The position numbers and the translations under genes are program-made. The notes below the pieces were generated by a model. It was not told where the DNA came from and searched no databases. It saw nothing but the letters and a program-made list of their open reading frames with translations. This document shows positions 42,467 to 51,420 of a stretch of DNA of 64,000 nt, in pieces (position 1 is the first letter of the stretch; each line of letters begins with the position of its first letter). Source of the stretch: Alphaproteobacteria bacterium. GTDB lineage: Bacteria > Pseudomonadota > Alphaproteobacteria > GCA-2746255. The stretch is from positions 1,952,001 to 2,016,000 of the forward strand of contig OZ252220.1 in the NCBI GenBank assembly GCA_965249135.1, given 5' to 3'.

Positions 42467-43495
42467 ATGCGCGAGGATTGGACAAGGCCCCTTTTATTGG
42501 CAGCTGGCATATTTATCTTTTGTGTAACCGCCTACCATCTTTTTTCAGGGAACGACGTCCTGGCCAGCGATTTGCGCAAATCCAGCGATTTGCGCAAATG
42601 GAGGTCAGAATGGCCCCATACGGACTTTGCAAAAACATCGATCGACTTCAATGAGATTTCTTCCGGGGGACCCAAGAAAGACGGTATTCCTGCAATTGAT
42701 TATCCGAGATTTAAGCCGATCGATGAGATTTCGACGGTCGGCAATGATGAACTCGTTGTGACGGTTATTATTGGTGATGAGGCACGTGCCTATCCAGTGC
42801 AAGTCCTGATGTGGCACGAGATCGTCAATGACAAGATCGGGGAGGTGCCCCTTTCCGTCACGTTCTGCCCGCTTTGCAACTCGGCAGTCGTTTTCGACCG
42901 GCGGCTGAAAGGGAAAGTCCTGGATTTTGGGACCACCGGTAAACTTCGCAACTCAGACCTCGTCATGTACGACCGTCAAACGGAAAGCTGGTGGCAACAG
43001 TTCACGGGTGAGGCGATTGCCGGATCCCTTACCGGCGAAAAATTGACGTTCCTCCCGGCGCGGGTCGAATCCTTCGCGAAGTTTCGGAAGCGGGCTCCAA
43101 AGGGAAAAGTGCTGGTCCCGAATTATACGAGCATGCGTGCCTACGGCTACAATCCCTATGCCGGCTATGACCGCAATCCCTATCCTTTCCGCTATCGGGG
43201 CGAAATGCCGTCAAACATCGCCCCGTTGGAAAGAGTCGTCTCGGTGGGGAAAGAGGCCTGGAGCCTCAAATTTCTCCGCAAACGTCGAAAGATCGTCGCC
43301 GATGGTCTTATTCTCACATGGGAATCCGGCCAGAACTCGGCGCTTGATACAGAGCGTATCAGCGAGGGGCGCGATATAGGGAATGTCATCGTCCAACGGA
43401 AAACGGCGGATGGCCCGGAAGATGCCGTTCACGACATAAGTTTTGCCTTTGCGTTTCATGCCTTTCATCCCGACGGCGTGATTCACGTGGATTAG
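42467..43495 (+). CDS. DUF3179 domain exported protein (CxxC)
   Basis: GGPKKDGIPAID.P.F, HEIVND, TFCPLCNS, FGTTGKLRNSDLVMYDRQTESWWQQFTGE; in-frame 18-bp tandem duplication at 42564-42599. Confidence 0.88.
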   Translation: MREDWTRPLLLAAGIFIFCVTAYHLFSGNDVLASDLRKSSDLRKWRSEWPHTDFAKTSIDFNEISSGGPKKDGIPAIDYPRFKPIDEISTVGNDELVVTVIIGDEARAYPVQVLMWHEIVNDKIGEVPLSVTFCPLCNSAVVFDRRLKGKVLDFGTTGKLRNSDLVMYDRQTESWWQQFTGEAIAGSLTGEKLTFLPARVESFAKFRKRAPKGKVLVPNYTSMRAYGYNPYAGYDRNPYPFRYRGEMPSNIAPLERVVSVGKEAWSLKFLRKRRKIVADGLILTWESGQNSALDTERISEGRDIGNVIVQRKTADGPEDAVHDISFAFAFHAFHPDGVIHVD

Positions 43496-43567
43496 GGAAA
43501 CCCGGGTCGACGCGATGGGGATTATCAGCCCCGACGGCAATCAGAAAATACTATATTTTTCAACAAA

Positions 43568-45148
43568 CTACGCAAAGTTGATCGGCCGTCCGATGAGCGA
43601 TTCCGTAAGCCGTGCCGTGTTCCGGGCAACCAGCGCATAAATCGATACCTGGGGATTGACGCCGAGGCTCGTCGGAAAGACGGATCCATCAAAAATGGAA
43701 AGCCCTTCGACTTGGTGATGGCGACCAAACGAATCGACGACCCCAAGCTTGGCATCGTCCGACATCGCACAGCCGCCCATGATATGTGCAGAGAAGATAA
43801 GTGCGCGAGGAGGTTTCATCGAAAGACCCTCGGTGATCGCCTGTTTTGCCTCTCGCCAGCTTTCATAAGGCCGCGTCTCCCGGTGAACGGGAAAAACGGA
43901 TTTTGCACCTGCTGCAAAGCTAAGTTCCGCCATCGAAAGATAAGCGTGACGGAATCCTTCCCAGTGAAATTCATTTGTACGGTAGTCGAGCACGGGACTT
44001 TCATCTTTTTGGAGAACGACCGTGCCGCCTTCGAAAGAGGGATTGAACCCATCCCGTATTAGCGCAATCAAGGCATGCGTATAGGGAAGCTGCGCCATCC
44101 CGTCTGCACGCTGATCACCGAACGTCGGGATCGAAATCGCCGCATGAACGGGGAAAAGCGGAGGCACCTCAAGTTTATAGCCGACCTTTCCATCGATACC
44201 GTCGCGCCAGAGAAACTCATCCGAATAGATCGACTGCGGTGCTCCATCGAAAGGCAGGACTTCTTTCGATAATTCACCGGCAAGGGCATTGACCGGATGG
44301 AGGAAGGTTCGTTTACCAAGCCGTTGATAAGGATCTGGAATCTTGGATCGGAGAAGCAGGCCGGGTGAATTGATGCCACCCCCCGCCACGACGACGTTTG
44401 ATGCATAAACCCTGATCTTCCGGCCGTTCGGATGAATACCTTCCGGATCGAGAGCCAGACACTGCACCATTTTCACCTGACCGTGCGCCGTTTCGATCTT
44501 CCTGGCTCTGGCATGGCTGATCAGGATGGCGCCGTGGTCAAGCGCCGCTGGAATCGTCGTTACCAGCATGGATTGTTTCGCATTCGTCGGGCATCCATAG
44601 CCGCAATAGCTGATGTTCCAGCATCCACGGACATTCCGGGACACGATGCCATGTTTCCAGCCAAGGGCATCGCAGCCACGAAGCAGCGCGCCGTTGTTGG
44701 CATTCGGAGGCACGTCCCAGGGCGCGATGGCAAAGCGGCGTTCCACCATTTCGAACCACGGCGCCATCGTCTCTGCGTCCGTCTCCTTCACGCCAAACGC
44801 TTCCGCCCAATGGGCAAGGGTCTCGGGCGGCGTGCGGAAGCTTGCCGTCCAGTTGACGACGGTGCCGCCGCCGACGGCCCGCCCCTGAAGGATGGTGATT
44901 GCCTTGTCCTTCGTCTTATGGCTTCCCGTGTCCCAATAGAGCCTACGGTAGGCGTCCCCCTCCCGGCCCGTGAAATCACGCGCCGTCCAATAGCCGCCTT
45001 CCTCGATCAGCACGACCTGCAGGCCGGCCTGGGCCAGCATTTCCGCCGCCACGCCGCCGCCGGCACCGGTACCGATGATGGCGACATCGGCGGCGAAGCT
45101 TTCGTCCTTCTCGAGCGTCGCAGCGTCGATATGGATTTGTTCCGCCAT
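43568..45148 (-). CDS. GMC family oxidoreductase (long-chain alcohol oxidase-like)
   Basis: IGTGAGGG FAD motif, GRAVGGGTVVNW, C..GCP.NAKQS, SAHIMGGC, DGSVFPTSLGVNP. Confidence 0.9.
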   Translation of the reverse strand: MAEQIHIDAATLEKDESFAADVAIIGTGAGGGVAAEMLAQAGLQVVLIEEGGYWTARDFTGREGDAYRRLYWDTGSHKTKDKAITILQGRAVGGGTVVNWTASFRTPPETLAHWAEAFGVKETDAETMAPWFEMVERRFAIAPWDVPPNANNGALLRGCDALGWKHGIVSRNVRGCWNISYCGYGCPTNAKQSMLVTTIPAALDHGAILISHARARKIETAHGQVKMVQCLALDPEGIHPNGRKIRVYASNVVVAGGGINSPGLLLRSKIPDPYQRLGKRTFLHPVNALAGELSKEVLPFDGAPQSIYSDEFLWRDGIDGKVGYKLEVPPLFPVHAAISIPTFGDQRADGMAQLPYTHALIALIRDGFNPSFEGGTVVLQKDESPVLDYRTNEFHWEGFRHAYLSMAELSFAAGAKSVFPVHRETRPYESWREAKQAITEGLSMKPPRALIFSAHIMGGCAMSDDAKLGVVDSFGRHHQVEGLSIFDGSVFPTSLGVNPQVSIYALVARNTARLTESLIGRPINFA

Positions 45149-45495
45149 CAGACTACCTTTTGCACCTCGTCCGGGATGTCCGGCGGCCCGTCATAGCCCA
45201 CCCAGGGCCAGGCGCGCGGATTGTCGTACCAGGCGGCCATAACCAAGTCGTGGAAGGCGGCATAGGCAAGCTGCAGGAGCGTAAATGAGCTCGTCGACCA
45301 ACGGCCCCCAGGAAATCCTCCACCTCTTTCCCGGAGGCCGTCTCCCAGCCGCTCCAAATGCCCGTGAGTGCTATTCTGGCCGGCGGGAAGTCCAATAGGT
45401 CGAAAAGCTGGCGCAGGTCAGCCTGCATCAGGGGGGACATGGCGGCGATTAGGCGGTCGATTTCACCCAAGATTTCGGCAATCGCAGCCGGCCGC
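45148..45495 (-). pseudogene. Small partner subunit of the GMC enzyme, 5'-truncated and frameshifted
   Basis: L.QLFDLL...R..LTG.W..W in one frame, then W..S...LL..AY......AAWY..P..W..GY.GPP in another; shift at the C5 run 45305-45309; no N-terminus before the acyl-CoA synthetase stop. Confidence 0.65.
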
Positions 45496-45496
45496 C

Positions 45497-47122
45497 CTAA
45501 CCGGCCTTGTGCGCTCCGTCCTGCTTGCGCAGTTTCCGACGCATGATCTTGCCGGTTGCCGTCATCGGCAATTCGGAAACGAACTCAACTTCGCGCGGAT
45601 ATTCATGCGCCGCAAGACGCGACTTTACGAAAGCCTGAATCTCGCTCGCCAGCGCATCATTTGGCGAGAACTCCGGCTTGAGAACGACGAATGCCTTGAC
45701 GACCTCTGTGCGCACCGGATCCGGGATGCCGATGGCAGCGACCAGCGCGATGGCCGGATGCTTCATCACGCATTCCTCGATCTCACCGGGACCGATGCGA
45801 TAGCCAGCGCTGGTGATAATGTCATCGTCGCGACTCTTGTACCAAAAGTAGCCCTCGTCATCCTTACTTGCCAGATCGCCGGTCAGACACCAATCGCCGA
45901 TGAATTTCTTCTTGGTGGCTTCCGGGTTCCGCCAATATTCGAGAAACATCACTGGATCCGGGCGTTGGATTGCAACCTGACCGACGGTCCCCGGTGCTAC
46001 CGGATGACCCTCCTCGTCGACGATATCGACGTTATGCCCTGGGATCGGACGTCCCATGGAACCAGGTCTCACGGGCAGAATGGTAGCGCAATTGCCCAGC
46101 ACCAAATTGACCTCGGTCTGACCATAGAACTCATTAATGGTAAGGCCGAATACCTCGTCCCCCCAACGCAACAATGCCTCGCCCAGCGTTTCGCCGCCAC
46201 TGCCAAGGCTTCGTAGGTTGACGGCATGACGTTCCTTCGGATTTTCGACCTGACGCATGAGCTTGAGAGCGGTCGGCGGCAGGAAGACGTTGCGTACATT
46301 GTGCTTTGCGATCAGATGAAACGCATGTTCAGGATCAAACTTGCGCGCCCGGTGGGCGAGAACCGGAATGCCATGATGCCAACTCGGCAACAGCACATCG
46401 ATCAGTCCGCCGATCCATGCCCAATCCGCCGGTGTCCAGAACAGATCTCCCGGCTGCGGAAACAGGTTGTGAGGAAACTCGACCCCTGGCAGATGACCGA
46501 GCAGTACACGATGGGCATGTACGGCTCCTTTCGGCGGGCCGGTCGTGCCGGAGGTATAGATGATCAGTGCCGGGTCATTGGCGGTCGTGGCGACAGGCTT
46601 GAAATCGGCCGACGCCTCATCGAGGAGGGCCCAGAAATTGGCAGTGTCTTCATCCTTTCCCTCAGTCACGATAATGGTGGAAAGGCTCGGCAGGCGGTCG
46701 CGAATGGTGAGTAGCTTTTCAAGATTTGAACCGTCCGTGACGACCACGCGGGCATCGCTGTTGGCGAGCCGGTATTCGATGGCATCCGGTCCAAACAGCG
46801 TAAACAGCGGAACGGCAATACCCCCCGCTTTGTAGACGGCAAGGTGGGTAATCGCCGCTTCGGGGGATTGCGATAGCAAAATGCCAACGCGTTCGCCGCG
46901 CTCGAGACCCAAAGCCTGTAACACGTTCGCGAAACGATTGGAAAGTTTTCTCAGTTGACCAAAGGTGTAGGTGGTAACGTTGCCGGCCTCGTCTTCGTAG
47001 ATTAAGGCCCGTTTATTGGCCGGGTGCTTGTCGCAGACATCGATGCCAAGGTTGTATTGCTCGGGCACCTCCCAGCGAAATGCTTGGCGAATTTCCTCGT
47101 AGCTTTTGCCCGGTTTTAGCAT
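45497..47122 (-). CDS. Acyl-CoA synthetase (AMP-forming, short/medium chain)
   Basis: YTSGTTGPPKG, DWAWIGG, EFYGQTE, TGD, RIGPGEIE, TATGKI; start uncertain (47122 vs 47161). Confidence 0.9.
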   Translation of the reverse strand: MLKPGKSYEEIRQAFRWEVPEQYNLGIDVCDKHPANKRALIYEDEAGNVTTYTFGQLRKLSNRFANVLQALGLERGERVGILLSQSPEAAITHLAVYKAGGIAVPLFTLFGPDAIEYRLANSDARVVVTDGSNLEKLLTIRDRLPSLSTIIVTEGKDEDTANFWALLDEASADFKPVATTANDPALIIYTSGTTGPPKGAVHAHRVLLGHLPGVEFPHNLFPQPGDLFWTPADWAWIGGLIDVLLPSWHHGIPVLAHRARKFDPEHAFHLIAKHNVRNVFLPPTALKLMRQVENPKERHAVNLRSLGSGGETLGEALLRWGDEVFGLTINEFYGQTEVNLVLGNCATILPVRPGSMGRPIPGHNVDIVDEEGHPVAPGTVGQVAIQRPDPVMFLEYWRNPEATKKKFIGDWCLTGDLASKDDEGYFWYKSRDDDIITSAGYRIGPGEIEECVMKHPAIALVAAIGIPDPVRTEVVKAFVVLKPEFSPNDALASEIQAFVKSRLAAHEYPREVEFVSELPMTATGKIMRRKLRKQDGAHKAG

Positions 47123-47279
47123 GCTTCTTCCCAAAAAATTTATTGGTTTTTTTTCATTCATCTACCCACTTAAACTTGTTGTGGATTATGACCAGCGTCT
47201 TTGGTCGCACCTAGCATTTTTCAGAACTCCTTGTATGCTAAGGGGTTCTTACTAAATAAGGGGGCAGGAGTCAGAACGG

Positions 47280-48551
47280 ATGATGGTGAAGACAAGGATC
47301 ATTTGGATATGGGCCATGTTGGCCGCTGGCCTGATCTTTGGGATTCCGGCTTATGCCGAAGAAGTGCCCGAAGGGACAGTCATCAGCGCCAAGAATCTTG
47401 GCTCCCTTCTCGATAAGACCTTCGAGGGGGAAACCATTCAGAATCTTATCTCTGAGCAGTTTCAGTGGCAGATTCGCGAGAAGGGTCTGACGATGAAACT
47501 TAAGCATTCGAAGCCTCATCCAAAGGATCCGCAATGGGTGGCGGCGACGAATCGCAATCTGGAAGCGGTAACGCTGGATGGCGCAACGAATCAGGTGAAT
47601 GGCTGGCTGGCTGGTGCGCCTTTTCCGGCGATCGACTTGCAAGACCCGAAGGCGGGCATCAAGGTCATGTGGAACATGTTCCTGGGCAAGCAGCAGGGCG
47701 ATAGTCAGGAATACCCGAACACGGTCATTGCACTTCTCAACGACAAATCAGGGCTCGAACGGGTCCAGAAACAATTTGTCAAGCGGGTTTTCGTGAGAGG
47801 GGCTTTGCGCCGGGGCGGGCAAGTCTCCGAAGAGAAGAGAATCTTGGAAAAAACGCTTTCCGTCCTGACCGCACCCCTGGACTTGAAGGGAAATGGGCTG
47901 GTCCTGATCCGCTACGTAAATGGGGATCCGGATTGGCTATTGGCCTACGCGGTAGCGGCGCGCAAAGTACGGCGTTTTTCAGGGGCCTTCTGGATGGATA
48001 AGTTGGGTGCCACGGACTTCCTTACCGACGATTTGATGGTCTTGAGCGCACATCCGACCTGGTATCCAGAATTCAAGATAATCGCGAAAAAGAAGATCCT
48101 TGTAGTTGCCCATTCGAAGGACCCTTTCTGGCAGCCAAAGGCTGCCACGCCCCAAGAACGATTTCCTCTCTTCGATTTAGGAACGCCACCCTATTGGAAT
48201 CCGGTCGATGAGTGGGAACCCCGTGAGGTCTACGTCGTCGAGGGAAAAACGCCCGAACAGCACCCCTATAGCCGCAAGGTGGTCTATGTCGATGCCGAGT
48301 TCTGGACCCCTTATTTGGGCGAGTATTACACGCCGAAGGGGCAGCTCTGGAAAACGACGATCCAGGGCTACAGCGTCTTCCCGACCCAGGATGATCCAGA
48401 CGGAAAGGTCTTGTGGCCGACATGGTCGGCGGTTTTTGATTTTCAGATCGGCCACGCCACTATTCTGATGACGGATGAAAACATCCGATTCAATACCGAT
48501 ATTTCGCCAACGGAAATCAATCTGAAGGCCGTCAAAAGAGCAAAGTGGTGA
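47280..48551 (+). CDS. DUF1329-like exported protein
   Basis: Signal peptide, G.PFP...P.AG..VMWN, AP.DL.G, RKVRR, WEPREVYVVE..P..HPYSRKV.YVD.E. Confidence 0.75.
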   Translation: MMVKTRIIWIWAMLAAGLIFGIPAYAEEVPEGTVISAKNLGSLLDKTFEGETIQNLISEQFQWQIREKGLTMKLKHSKPHPKDPQWVAATNRNLEAVTLDGATNQVNGWLAGAPFPAIDLQDPKAGIKVMWNMFLGKQQGDSQEYPNTVIALLNDKSGLERVQKQFVKRVFVRGALRRGGQVSEEKRILEKTLSVLTAPLDLKGNGLVLIRYVNGDPDWLLAYAVAARKVRRFSGAFWMDKLGATDFLTDDLMVLSAHPTWYPEFKIIAKKKILVVAHSKDPFWQPKAATPQERFPLFDLGTPPYWNPVDEWEPREVYVVEGKTPEQHPYSRKVVYVDAEFWTPYLGEYYTPKGQLWKTTIQGYSVFPTQDDPDGKVLWPTWSAVFDFQIGHATILMTDENIRFNTDISPTEINLKAVKRAKW

Positions 48552-48576
48552 GGGGTAGCTTTTTGTGAAGCATCGC

Positions 48577-48613
48577 AAAACCGGGCAGAGCCGATAGGCT
48601 CCGCCCGGTTTTT
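48577..48613 (+). terminator. Rho-independent terminator after DUF1329
   Basis: AAAACCGGGCAGAGCC-GATA-GGCTCCGCCCGGTTTTT. Confidence 0.75.
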
Positions 48614-48657
48614 ATATGTGCCGTCTCATAGGATGCCTTCCACATAAGAGGAAGCTC

Positions 48658-48689
48658 AAAAAAAAGAGGAGCGCGAAAGCGCCCCTCTT
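48658..48689 (-). terminator. Rho-independent terminator of the minus-strand gene
   Basis: AAGAGGAGCGC-GAAA-GCGCCCCTCTT hairpin preceded by an A8 run (U-tract on the minus strand). Confidence 0.7.
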
Positions 48690-48715
48690 GCATAAATCCG
48701 GAACGAATTTAGGTT

Positions 48716-49834
48716 CTAGCTCGCATCGGTCTCGAAATAAAGCGTCTTCTTGTACTCATCCGGAAGGGCGAACAAATAATTGGATTTTGCGCCTCTTTCC
48801 TTTGTGATATCTGCAGCACTACCTTTGGCGTCGATCCTGGTGATCTTCCAGTCGCCGGTTGCAGCGCTGAAGCCTTTTTCCATCTTTTCAAGAATGACGA
48901 GCTCGCCGGCCCTCCACCTGGCGGTGAAGCCGGTGCGATTGCCATCACCGTGGAAGCTCTCCAGCACGAGAATCGTGTCGGCCGGCATCCGGTTGAAATT
49001 GCCCCACTTGTCCACCTTGTCGTTTGCATAAAGGTTGACGTAATGGTCGCCGGTGTATTTTCCGATTTGGAAGGGAACGAAGTTATAGCGCTTCCATTCC
49101 GTGTATTCGGAAACGATCTCGTTCTGGGATTTTTCCCACTCTTCCACCATCTTCCATCCAACCGCCATATAGAGGGCCTGCGCTTCCTTCTTCGAGAGCT
49201 TGTTGCGGGCGACCAATTCAGCTTGCTCTTCAGCCGACCTCAAGTCTTCACGACCGATCACTTCGCCGCGCACGACTGGAGATTCAATGGCGTTGACGAC
49301 CAAGGCGTCTCCCTCGGTGTGAACGATGATCTCCCAGAACATGCCGGTTGCGAAAAGCGACGTCACGGCAAGAACGAACTGATCGTAGTCAAACGGCTCA
49401 CCCGGACGTGTACGCTTGGCGTGGTCTTCGCCCAAGATATAGCGTTCGGCAAAACCTGCTTCGAGATCCTTCTCGCCCTCGACGCGAAGCTCTTTAACGA
49501 CCTTGCCGTTCTTCATAGGCCAAGTCTTGCCGGCACCGGGCGCGTAGAACGTGCCAGGGAGGTCAATCGTATCCGGGTAAAACCGGTAATAGTCCTTCGG
49601 CAAATCTTGCGTGAAGTTTTGGGGGGCGGCATCTGTTCGATCGTGATGCGTGAACGTGTTTTCTTTCACGTTGTAGATATGCCCGCCCCGAATGAAGGTG
49701 TCTGGTGCGTCCGGCGATTCGGCCCTGGCAGACGTGCCCATGACCAGAGCGGCTGTCGTTACGACGACAGCCCCAAAGGCTATTGGAAGTATCGCTCCGG
49801 ACGACAGAAGGGATTTCACGAAACTGGAACTCAT
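48716..49834 (-). CDS. Exported protein with a C-terminal heme-less cytochrome P460-like domain
   Basis: Signal peptide ending ARA; C-terminal LSKKEAQALY, WKRYN.VP, HYVNLYAN, MP..ILVLESF, LEKM.KGF...GDW, LPDEYKK align with 41426-42360; no cysteine in the protein. Confidence 0.75.
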   Translation of the reverse strand: MSSSFVKSLLSSGAILPIAFGAVVVTTAALVMGTSARAESPDAPDTFIRGGHIYNVKENTFTHHDRTDAAPQNFTQDLPKDYYRFYPDTIDLPGTFYAPGAGKTWPMKNGKVVKELRVEGEKDLEAGFAERYILGEDHAKRTRPGEPFDYDQFVLAVTSLFATGMFWEIIVHTEGDALVVNAIESPVVRGEVIGREDLRSAEEQAELVARNKLSKKEAQALYMAVGWKMVEEWEKSQNEIVSEYTEWKRYNFVPFQIGKYTGDHYVNLYANDKVDKWGNFNRMPADTILVLESFHGDGNRTGFTARWRAGELVILEKMEKGFSAATGDWKITRIDAKGSAADITKERGAKSNYLFALPDEYKKTLYFETDAS

Positions 49835-50094
49835 GGCTTCCTCGCTGTCTTTGTTCTGTTTAGAAATTCTTTGTTTTTTATCGTTGGCGCCAAGCTGGCG
49901 CGTTGAATTATTTAACATATTTTCAACGGGTCAGGAAATCTAGTCAATATCGCTTGATTGGTGGCCTGACTTTGCGGGCGCGGGAGACCAGGGCTTGGCC
50001 TTATTTCTTAAGCTGTTGATCTGACTTAAGAACTGGGATTAACCTTAGCGACGATACCGAATTTTAAAAGCCGGCCCAGAGGCGCCAGGGTGCA

Positions 50095-50802
50095 ATGACC
50101 GACCAAAACCCGATTTCTCGCCCTAAACTCGAGGCCATGCTGACGGCCGGCCACGAGATCCTGGAATGCTACCGGCTGCTCACCAAGACAGGCGACAACG
50201 TCGTCGGCGAGCTGATTCGCGGTCACGAGACCTTCTATGAGTGGAATCACTATCCCGAGGGGGATGCCTACGATCCGGAGACCCATTCCCAGTACTACTA
50301 CCACGCCCATCGGGAGGATCGGGAGGAACACGGCCATTTCCACACCTTCCTGCGGCCAAAGGGCATGCCTTCGGATATCCTGCCGGCTCTTTTGGCGGAT
50401 TTCGAGCCGCCTGAAGGCGACAACGCCGCCCTCAGCCATCTCATCGCCATCTCGATGGATGCCCATGGGTACCCGACCGGACTGTTCACCACGAACCGCT
50501 GGGTGACCGGCGAGGTCTGGTATGCCGCAAAGGATGTCTGCCGGATGGTTGAAATTTTCGAGATGGATCAGGCGCGTCCATCCTGGCCAGTCAATCGCTG
50601 GGTTACGGCAATGCTGCGGCTTTTTCAGCCGGAAATTTTTGATCTCCTTTCACGTCGCGACGCGGCGGTAAAAGCCTGGGAGGAGAAGCATCCGGATCGC
50701 AATGTTTACGAAGACCGGGAATTCGAGGTCGCTTCCGAAATCGACATTTCCGTGGAGGGTAAACTTCGCCAACTCGAAGCGATGCTCCAGGAAAGCGCCT
50801 GA
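50095..50802 (+). CDS. Conserved hypothetical protein with His-rich motifs (DUF6969-like)
   Basis: HYP.GD.YD, QYYYHAH, EHGHFHTF, SHLIAISMD, FTTNRWVTGE; family name from recall only. Confidence 0.65.
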   Translation: MTDQNPISRPKLEAMLTAGHEILECYRLLTKTGDNVVGELIRGHETFYEWNHYPEGDAYDPETHSQYYYHAHREDREEHGHFHTFLRPKGMPSDILPALLADFEPPEGDNAALSHLIAISMDAHGYPTGLFTTNRWVTGEVWYAAKDVCRMVEIFEMDQARPSWPVNRWVTAMLRLFQPEIFDLLSRRDAAVKAWEEKHPDRNVYEDREFEVASEIDISVEGKLRQLEAMLQESA

Positions 50803-50830
50803 TATCGGCGCGATTCATCGGTCGAAATGG

Positions 50831-50866
50831 AAAAGGCGCCGCTACCCGTTAAGGTGACAGCGCCTT
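50831..50866 (-). terminator. Terminator downstream of cytochrome c2
   Basis: AAGGCGC...GCGCCTT hairpin followed by TTTT on the minus strand. Confidence 0.55.
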
Positions 50867-50888
50867 AAAAGCATGCGGTTCGGAAGGC

Positions 50889-51266
50889 TTACTTTGCCGC
50901 TTCCTTCAAATACGCGATTAGATTCTGGCGTTGGGCTTCCTTCTTCAGTCCCGGGAAGGCCATTTTGTTGCCTTTAATGTAGGTCTTCGGGCTTGCAAGA
51001 TAGGCGTCGATCGTTTCTTCGTTCCAGGTGACGCCCGCCGCCTGCATCGCCTTCGAGTAGTTGAAACCTTCCGCCGTTCCCGATTTCCGACCGAAGATGC
51101 CGGCAAGGGAGGGACCTACTTTGTGTTTGCCAGCCTCCAATGTGTGACAGGCTTTGCACTTTTTAAAAACCTTTGCGCCTTTTTTCGCGTCACCCGCCAA
51201 CGCGGATACACTCGACAGTGCGAGCACTAAGGCAACCGAAACGGCCAGAATCTTCGATGATTTCAT
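50889..51266 (-). CDS. cycA: Cytochrome c2 (class I)
   Basis: Signal peptide, GDA.KG.KVF.KCKACH, KVGP.L.G, YS.AM, GNKMAF.G. Confidence 0.9.
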   Translation of the reverse strand: MKSSKILAVSVALVLALSSVSALAGDAKKGAKVFKKCKACHTLEAGKHKVGPSLAGIFGRKSGTAEGFNYSKAMQAAGVTWNEETIDAYLASPKTYIKGNKMAFPGLKKEAQRQNLIAYLKEAAK

Positions 51267-51420
51267 CTATTCTCTCCTGAACCTTTCACAGGCTTGGGGA
51301 ATTCGTTCAAAATGCGTCCGCAGTATCCGAAAGATATAGGCGCCTTGCAACCGGTTAGCTGGAAATCGGCCGAATCATTGTTCCCATACGGGACGCACCC
51401 TCAGACGTAATGCCCGCGTC

